In this document: positions 55,669 to 64,000 of the stretch, one piece after another
Position numbering within the stretch: position 1 is the first letter of the stretch
Layout: the number at the start of each line of letters is the position of its first letter
Assembly (NCBI GenBank): GCA_964016885.1
Contig: OZ024757.1
Location: 21,514,001 to 21,578,000, forward strand
Direction of reading: 5' to 3'
DNA length: 64,000 bases
From: Eledone cirrhosa
Taxonomy: Eukaryota
Notes under the pieces: generated by a model
Told to the model about the DNA's origin: nothing
The model's input: the letters and a program-made list of their open reading frames with translations, nothing else
Database searches by the model: none
Position numbers and translations under genes: made by a program

Positions 55669-55756
55669 ATTCTTCACCTTCAAAAGAGGGATGACTGAAG
55701 AAGAATATATATATATATATTCTTCTTGAGTCATCCCTCTTTCGAAGGTGAAGAAT
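55669..55756. repeat. 88-bp near-perfect palindrome centred on (AT)n
   Basis: attcttcaccttcaaaagagggatgactgaagaagaat...attcttcttgagtcatccctctttcgaaggtgaagaat (2 mismatches). Confidence 0.9.
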
Positions 55757-55904
55757 GTTAGGACATATGACTAAATTAAGGTAAAAAAACAAGGCCCTGT
55801 TTCTTACGATTTAATTATTCTCCATCCAAACCTGCATTGCCGTGGCTTTCAAACTTCAAATTCTTTATATATATATATATATATATAAACAAATATATAT
55901 ATAA

Positions 55905-56180
55905 GTTTACTCAGCTGTAGAAATGAGATGATAGGGACTGGGGTCTCTATCATTCCACTGCAAAGTAGCCGTGGAGGTGCCACGGCAAAAAAAGCACCCA
56001 GCACTCACTGTAAAAGAGGTTGGTGTTAGGAAGGGCATCCGGCTGTAGAAATCAAGCCAGAATCATTTCCCGTATGAGCAAGACAAGGTCAGCCGACCGG
56101 ACACTGCCCACAACAGGACAACCTGTCTAACCCATGTTAGCGTGGAAGAACGGACATAAAACGGTGATGATGAAGATGAT
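55905..56180 (+). mobile_element. 5'-truncated SINE family B
   Basis: Consensus match. Confidence 0.88.
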
Positions 56181-56409
56181 GTAAACAAATATATATACAT
56201 ATATATATATATGTAAACAAATATAGTGGTAGAACACTGGAAGGTAATATCCGTAGTGGTAGAGCACTCAGTCCATGGGACGAGTTAGGTAGAAGTGGTT
56301 ACACAACAGTTAGTTCACCATACTGAGAACAATTGTTTCACCTTAGCGGATCCTCAGTAAATATATATATATTATATAGATGGATAGGGGGATAGATAAA
56401 TAGATAGAT

Positions 56410-56473
56410 AAATTTCTATTTATTTGCCACGAGGGCACAAAAGAAGGGGACATTTACATAGATAGATAGATAA

Positions 56474-56522
<49 letters not shown>

Positions 56523-56590
56523 GAGATAGATATATTTCTTTATTAACCACAGGGGCACAAAAGAAGGGGACAAATACAAAGAGGGAAGTA
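56410..56590 (-). mobile_element. Two very short Tx1-like 3' ends embedded in (GATA)n
   Basis: Reverse complement tgtccccttcttttgtgccc...gtgg(c/t)(a/t)aataaa matches the ends at 18490-18530 and 18915-18955. Confidence 0.7.
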
Positions 56591-57065
56591 TAGATAGGCA
56601 GATATTTTGGAAGAAATTTATTTGAAGAATTAGAGAATGCTAATGGTAATTCAACACATTAATTGTTTCTACTTTTGGCACAAGGCCAGCAATTATCCCA
56701 GTGTATTACTGGTACTCTATTTTATTGCCGACCCCATAAGGATGAAAGGCAAAGTTAACCTCGGCGGGATAACACAGTAATGTCAGTGAATGACAACAAC
56801 CAAGTCAGCTTGGAAGTTAAGATTAAATGGCTGCTAGAAATAAACAGGGGAAAGAACACAAGGGAGCAGAGATTCTATGAATATTCCAGTGTTTGGACTT
56901 TAGAAGGCAGCACCTTGTGACAAGTGTTTAAATGAGGGCGAAAGACATAGAAGGAATAGAGGAGGTATATATATACATATATATATATATATATAAGTAT
57001 GTATACGTACATACATATATGTATACAGACATACAGTACTATGTACACATATATACATACATGCA

Positions 57066-57422
57066 ATGTAAAGTTATGTTGGTGCCACAAAATCCAGGCC
57101 GAAACAAATGAGATTGTGTAGGTGTCACGACAAAAAAACACACAGTCCACGCTGTAAATGTGGTTGGTGTTAGGAAGGGCATCCAGCTGTAGAAAACCCG
57201 CCAGACAGTCCACGCTGTAATGTGGCCATGTAGGCAACACGGTAAAAACCTCCCAGCCCCACACTGTAAATGTGGTTGGTGTTAGGAAGGGCATCCAACT
57301 GTAGAAAACCCGCCAGACAGTCCTATGCGAGCAAGACAACCACTCTTGCCTCAAGTGGGAAAACTCCCGTCCAAACCCATACAAGCGTGGAACATGGACG
57401 TTAAACGATGATGATGATGATG
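57066..57422 (+). mobile_element. RTE long 3' UTR fragment with an internal ~65-bp duplication
   Basis: Nearly identical to 58985-59285; the gtggttggtgttaggaagggcatcc block occurs twice. Confidence 0.85.
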
Positions 57423-57950
57423 CACACATATATATATATGTACGTATGGATTCACCAAACATTTATTATAATGCTCGGTGTGTTTGTAAACAAACATCCC
57501 GTATAAAGTTGCAGTGTCTAGCAACCACCGTTGCTCGTTTGTTCAACACTGACAAAGGAACGCTGTACTAGTTTCAAGCTTGTTAGCTATCGTCAGCAAT
57601 GTATACCTTCCTGCCAGATTGTTGAACATCCGAAAGTATATACATACAGTAATATGTATACATATATACATACATGCACATATATATATATATGTATGTA
57701 TGGATTCACCAAACATTTATTATAATGCTCGGTGTGTTTGTAAACAAACATCCCGTATAAAGCCGCGGTGTCTAGCAACCACCGTTTCTCGTTTGTTCAA
57801 CACTGACAAAGGAACGCTGTACTAGTTTCAAGCTTGTTAGCTATCGTCAGCAATGTATACCTTCCTGCCAGATTGTTGAACGTCTGAAAGTATATACTTT
57901 CCTTATGCATATTAACGGCTGAGTATACGGGATGTTTGTTTACAAACACT
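57420..57950. mobile_element. MITE with ~26-bp TIRs plus a 254-bp-offset direct duplication
   Basis: gtgtttgtaaacaaacatcccgtata ... tatacgggatgtttgtttacaaacac; 57420-57643 is repeated at 57674-57897. Confidence 0.75.
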
Positions 57951-58127
57951 GCAAAGCATGGAGTCCGACCCTCTACCGATACTGCCAATCCACCGCCCTA
58001 GTTGGTTGATAATAAAAAAAACCTATCAAGACAGTTGGGTAACAAACAGGAACACCCAAACCTGCTGACTGTAATCAGAGGAAAACTGAACCATAGTTAT
58101 TGTTATATTCTGAGAGGTCATGCTGCC

Positions 58128-58358
58128 ACGGTGGATTGGCAGTATCTGTAGAAGGTCGGACGCCATGCTTTGCAGCAAAGAGTTACGGCCCTTTAGGGTC
58201 TGAGTTCAAATCCCGCCGAGGTTAACTTTGCCTTTCATCCTCACGGGGGGGGGGGGGGGGGGGGGTCAATAAAATAAAGCACCGGTAATGTACTGGAGTC
58301 GATTTAATCGACTTTCCCTTCCCCCAAATTACTGGCCTTGTGCCTATACTAGAAATCA
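58128..58358 (+). mobile_element. SINE family A containing a ~20-nt poly-G expansion
   Basis: Consensus match; G run at ~58245-58265. Confidence 0.88.
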
Positions 58359-58466
58359 ATAAATATACCTAACTATATACTATAGTGCCAAGAGTTTCCA
58401 AAGAATAGGTCAAGGGGAACAAAGTACTCTATGTAATGTACAGAGCCAAATATATATTATATAAGC

Positions 58467-58638
58467 TCTCAACAGAAATGCCTGCTACCTAAGGTTTCAA
58501 ACATCAACCAGCATAGGACATAGATATTCTATGGCTGCTAGTTTAGTTATTTTCAGGTCTAAACTAGTAGATATACAATATCTATGTCCTATGATGGCTG
58601 ACGTTTGAAACCTTAGATAGCACACATTTGTGTTGAGA
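58467..58638. repeat. ~170-bp imperfect fold-back with degenerate hammerhead-like arms
   Basis: Arms ...acctaaggtttcaaac...cataggacatagatatt...ctagtttag / ctaaactag...aatatctatgtcctatga...gtttgaaaccttag... Confidence 0.75.
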
Positions 58639-58675
58639 TTTTATTCTTATAATAACTATATATTTATATATATTA

Positions 58676-59285
58676 CATTGGTATGGTCACGTGATGCGCA
58701 TGAAGGACGATAGCTGTATAACAAAGTGCAGGGCAATAAAGATAGACGGTAGCCACGGAATAGGCAGACCCAGAAAAACCTGGGACAAGCTGATGAATTC
58801 CGACCTCACACACTTACACCTCACCAAGACAATGTCACTGGACCGAGACCTTTGGCGGTACTCAGTAATAGAGAAGACCCGCCTTACCTAAATACAAAGT
58901 AAAACCTACTACAGTCAGTAGGCATCTCTAACAAAACACACCCCCGTCCCACCACCCCCACCCCATCCACACCGCCCCTTTCAATGTAAAGTTATGTTGG
59001 TGCCACAACATCCAGGCCGAAACAAATGAGATCGTGTAGGTGTCACGTCAAAAAAACACACAGTCCACGCTGTAATGTGGCCGTGTAGGCAACACGGTAA
59101 AAACCTCCCAGCCCCACACTGTAAATGTGGTTGGTGTTAGGAAGGGCATCCAGCTGTAGAAAACCCGCCAGATAGTCCTATGCGAGCAAGACAACCACTC
59201 TTGCCTCAAGTGGGAAAACCCCCGTCCAAACCCATGCAAGCGTGGAACACGGACGTTAAACGATGATGATGATGATGATGATGAT
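58676..59285 (+). mobile_element. RTE LINE 3' fragment with long 3' UTR
   Basis: WYGHVMRMKDDSCITKCRAIKIDG...GRPRKTWDKL; colinear with 23600-24215. Confidence 0.88.
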
Positions 59286-59906
59286 ATTAATTTATATTCC
59301 GGCTCTGTAAGACATCTGATGTATTTACATTGAGCTATTTTTCTTACTGGAAATAAGGTAGCAATGAATTACTGACCTTTCCTGTTTATAATTATATATA
59401 GTGTATATACTCTTTTACCTGTTTCAGCCATCCGGCTGAGGCCATGCTATAAGTATAAATAATATTATTAGTATTATATTCATTTATATATTTATCTGTA
59501 TGTAAAATAGCTAACCACTACACAAACAAGATTTATTTAAATTTATTTTTAAAACCTACTTAAATGCATACATACATATATGTATATGTATGTATATCTA
59601 TATGTGTATGTGTTTATATACAAATATGCATAAATAAATATATGACGTGTTTGTAATTGTATTTAGGTTTATTATTTATGAATTGAATAAATCTTAATCA
59701 TTTATATTAAGTATATTTATATACAGAGATGTAAAGAAAGAGGGATAGAGAGTAGAGAGAGTGAGAGAGACAGAGAGAGAGTGAGAGAGAGAGTGAGAGT
59801 GAGTGAGTGTGACACAAGTAACAACACATGTTAATACTTCTGCATTTGTGGTCAGACAGACATTTTAATCCCTTTAAGTTTGTAATCCGACAACTAATCC
59901 TTATAC

Positions 59907-59945
<39 letters not shown>

Positions 59946-60119
59946 CATAATCAGTTTCAACAGTGACATTACAGATACTTTAGTTTTGTTTAATACTAAC
60001 TCATTCAGTCTGCCATAATGTGATTATACGTAACTTCTCACACAAACTGAGTGTTCTAAACCCCTGAATATTTATACACTATATAAGATACACATACACA
60101 CACACACATATGTATGTAT

Positions 60120-60462
60120 CCTCATCATCATCATTTCATTTTATGTCCGCTTTTCCCTGCTTGCAAGGGTGGGACGGGAACTGATTCTGGCTTGATTTCT
60201 ACAGCTGGATGCCCTTCCTAACACCAACCTCATTTACAGTGAGTGCTGAGTGCTTTTTTGCCGTGGCACCTCCACGACCACTTTGCAGTGGAATGATAGG
60301 GAACCCAGTCCCTATCATCTCATTTCTACAGCTGAGTATACTGGAGCAATGTGAAATAAAGTGTCTTGCTCAAGGAAACAACACATCACCCGGTCTGAGA
60401 ATTGAACTCACAACCTTTCGATTGCAAGCCCAATGCTCTAACCACTAAGCCATGTGCCTCCA
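60120..60462 (-). mobile_element. Full-length SINE family B
   Basis: Consensus match. Confidence 0.93.
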
Positions 60463-60979
60463 TGTGTGCATATATCTCTCCATAATATATATATATATCT
60501 TTTCTTCCCTTTTGCTTTCCTTCCCTCCTTCCTCCGTTTTCCAAATAACTTATTCAATAATAACTTATTATTGAACGCCCTGGGCGGTAGATTATATTGT
60601 CTTTAAAGCGTAGAAATATCCGAGACCCCCAGTAGATAACTGATGAGGAAAACTACCCTCCACCATCCCCACCCCGCGTTCTTGCTTTCTTCGTATTCCC
60701 ACTGCATTTTAAGTTACCTTAAATAGCAACTACACAGCCATTTCTACTCTCCATATATTTCATCAATATAATACAAATAGTGAAAACAATGAAATTAAAG
60801 AAAATACGGGTAATTCATAGTAAAACTCATTATCTTACGATCGTTTCTGGGGGGTAGTTCTCCTTATGTTCATTCTATTAGTGATCTATGTAAAATATAT
60901 TACAAATTATCAAAGTAAGAAAATATACATACGTCTTCTCTACCCGCTGTCGTGTGTGCGTGTGGGTCCCAAGTTCAAT

Positions 60980-61166
60980 CAGGGGTAACCACAGTAAGTA
61001 AGGTACTCAATACATTAGGAGAGTGTAAACATTAAATTTAACATAGAAATGGCTTCTACAGGTCTAGAATTGTTTCATTTGAAAGAAATCATCAGGAAAT
61101 CATCAAGGCTTTCCTGATGATTTCTTTCAAATGAAACAGTTCTAGTCCCGTAGAAGCCATTTCTAT
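60980..61166. mobile_element. Short fold-back element with CTGATGA...GAAAC in both arms
   Basis: Leader ggggtaaccacagtaagtaaggtactcaat; ~55-bp inverted arms at 61043-61166. Confidence 0.8.
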
Positions 61167-61922
61167 ATTGAATTTGATATATATATCATCATCAACATCA
61201 TCACTGTTTAACGTCCATTTTCTCATGCTAGCTTGGATTAGACAAGAGAGAGAAAGAGAGGGTGGGTGTGGAAGAGGGAGAGAGGGAGAGAGAAACTGAC
61301 AGCTAATCCCTGTATTTCTTGTCACCAGACTAACATAATCTACAGTGGACCTTTTGGTGACACATTTTATTGAGTTTTTTAACCTCATTCGTTATCACAT
61401 CAATTTAAATATATATATTTAGGGATAATTTAGCCCCCCCAAACACCATTCGTTACAACATCAATTAAAGTATCTATATTTATGGTCGAGTGGTCGGCTC
61501 CCCGACCAGAGGCTCCCCCGCCAGAGCCTGGGCTTGTGGGGGAGGCATGTGGAACCCCATCACCACCAAATAAAACAAGAGGTATTAAAAGGGTTAAATA
61601 ACCTGCCCAAGCCACAATTAGCCAAGCGTGGTGAGTACAGCTACACCCCTGACATGACAAAAACCAAACAGAAAGTGGTGGCAGTCAACCAAGAAACCCT
61701 GGACTGGATTTATTTAGGGACTTATCCTAAAACTTTATCACATCAATTAAAGAAATATATAGGAGGAGGTTATAGTTCACTTGAAGCATTGTGTAATGAG
61801 GTATAAACGTTTGTATATGTATAATAAAGCCAAAACAATGCAGGTATGGACATAGAATAAAGAATGCAAATGCAAAAGATATTGTTGACAATTAGTCTTT
61901 TACCTTAGATTTATTTAAATGT

Positions 61923-61957
61923 CCTTAATTTTCGAGATAATATCTCTTCTTCAGAGG
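61923..61957 (-). ncRNA. Minimal hammerhead ribozyme motif
   Basis: Minus strand CCU-CUGAAGA-A-GAGAUA(u)UAUCUC-GAAA-AU-UA-AGG; stem I is CCU/AGG. Confidence 0.65.
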
Positions 61958-62177
61958 GAAGTAAAGTTCTCAAACCAGTGTTCTAAATAGCTTGCCAAGT
62001 CATGCTGACAGGAAATGGTATAGAGTATTTGTTCTATCTCTAATGTCAAAGAAATATATATTTAGGGAGAATTCCCAAACTCCAAACAGTAGAGAGGTTC
62101 GACATAGGAGCTCTTTAGAGATTAATTAAAACACTAATTATAAATAAAAACAAATATATATAATATATACAGTATAA

Positions 62178-62465
62178 TATACCACTACCACCACCACCAC
62201 TACTACCACTGCTATTATTATTACTACAACCACTAGTACTACTACTACTACTACTACTAATACTACTACTACTACCACCACAACTACCATCATCATTACT
62301 ACCACTACTACTACTACTACTACCACCACTACCATTACTATTACTACCACCTCCACTACTACTACCACTACTACTACTACCACCACCACCACCACCACCA
62401 CCATCACTACCTCCACCACAACCACCACTACCACTATTTCCACCACCATCACCACCACAACCACC

Positions 62466-62497
<32 letters not shown>

Positions 62498-62582
62498 CAC
62501 CACCACAACCACAACCACAACCACCACTACTACTACTACCACCATCACCACCACCACTACTACTACTACTACTACCAATACT
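62178..62582. repeat. (CTA/CCA)n array
   Basis: Direct reading. Confidence 0.92.
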
Positions 62583-62989
62583 AGTATTAAATTACAGCAG
62601 TGTTTCAAATTTATACAGCACATTATTGATTTGGGTTTTCTAGGAAGAAGTGCAGTACCGTGCATTGATTATTTCCCTCCTTATTGATAGATTAATTACT
62701 GCGACTAATTTAGAGATCATAGATAATGCACGATACCAATTCTGCATCAGAATTGTGAATTGTTTTGGTTAAACATGAAAAATATGTTTTATATAACAAC
62801 CAGATAAACAAAAAATAAACTTTGATCATATTTTAATGTCCAGCATTTTACGTGATGGTGAAACATAGTTCTGAATTTAGAAATTTCTTTTATAACTTTC
62901 ATCTTTTCCAGTCCCTTGGTAGTTGTGATAGCTGTTATGTTCCTTCATTTAGAAAGGAGTGCCAATCAAATGGAAATAGTACTCTTACG

Positions 62990-63300
62990 AGTGACTGTGC
63001 CATTGAAATGGTTGATCACCCTTACCCGTTCTCCTGATCTGGTCCCCATCTCACCATCATCAGTTCCCCAACATGAGAAAAACACACTGGCTGGGAACCA
63101 GTATTGCATGATGATGGTGTCATATCAGCTGTTGATGGCAGTTTGCCCAACACAATGAAAACTTCTCCACCAATGAGATCCAAGCACTGCAACACCGAAG
63201 GAAGAAGTGTGTGGACCACAAGGGGGACCATGTTGACAAATAAACCTCATTTAGTCACATTCCATCTTGGTCAGCCTATGAACTTTTCAGCTGACCCTTA
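62990..63300 (+). mobile_element. Degenerate mariner transposase C-terminus and right terminus
   Basis: Frameshifted DCAIEMVDHP-Y-SPDLVP-S..QFPNMRK-LAGNQY-DDGVISAVD..NEIQALQHRRKKCVDHKGDHVDK* matches the mariner HPPYSPDLAPSD motif and C-terminus; ends ...cagctgaccctta|ta. Confidence 0.85.
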
Positions 63301-63687
63301 TAAATTAGAGATTTACCCAATAAATCTACTTTAGGAATATGGGTTGGATAAAGAAGGGACAGGTGTATTTCAATATAAATCCCACCTGTGTGTTAAGGAT
63401 GTGCAGAGGACCCAGTTATAACTTCAATACAACCAGTGCAGAGGCCTAAAAGATTCCTCTCTGATTCCCCCAAGATTCCTAACAGATCCCTTGAAAATGG
63501 CGAGTGTATCTGAAATATATCAGGGTAAATAAATAAAACTCAGCTAAAAATCTCTGACTTCAAATATTAGGTTTTTTTTTCTTGCTTTCTTCTCTCATTT
63601 CCCTTCTTCCACTTCTGATTTAGTTACCTCAATATTTACATCGCTGTTTTCATTGTAGCATCTTCCAAAAGATGCCCGTTTCTCAAT

Positions 63688-63731
<44 letters not shown>

Positions 63732-64000
63732 GCGAAATCTGTCCATGCCTTGAACCCTGGGTGACACCTAAAAGTCAAATTGTAGGTCACCGTCCTCTTC
63801 GGTGTGGACAGGTTCATGTGTGGGCTATCCCCTCGAGGTGGGAGACAGAAAACGACAGGCATATAAAGCCTGTATATTCCCATGTTTTACACAGAGAGAT
63901 CGGAGCAGTATGCTATTATAGGTTATGTAAAGATTCACTGTCTACTACAGGCCGCAGAGGTGTACAGACCATTACTCTCTCTCTCTCTCTGTCCTGGTTG

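Overview
This is AT-rich, repeat-saturated eukaryotic intronic or intergenic DNA. The dense (TA)n/(CA)n/(GA)n/(GTA)n microsatellites and the tRNA-derived SINE and RTE-LINE families look like those of a coleoid cephalopod (Octopus-like); this is an inference. I found no complete protein-coding gene, and almost all long ORFs in the track are artefacts of simple repeats. Supported content: two major SINE families (about 25-30 copies or fragments); several RTE-clade LINE remnants; L1/Tx1-like LINE 3' ends sitting in microsatellites; a degenerate mariner transposase; three TTAA-flanked piggyBac-like MITEs, each with an internal 72-bp tandem array; a Helitron-like element spanning a 200-N gap; and minisatellites with 97-, 32-, 48-, 45- and 22-bp units. 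There are also many minimal hammerhead-ribozyme motifs of the Penelope-like type, several inside short fold-back elements. Two or three short ATG-to-splice-donor segments on the minus strand may be alternative first exons of a gene running off the left edge (low to moderate confidence). All coordinates and copy numbers were read by eye and are approximate.
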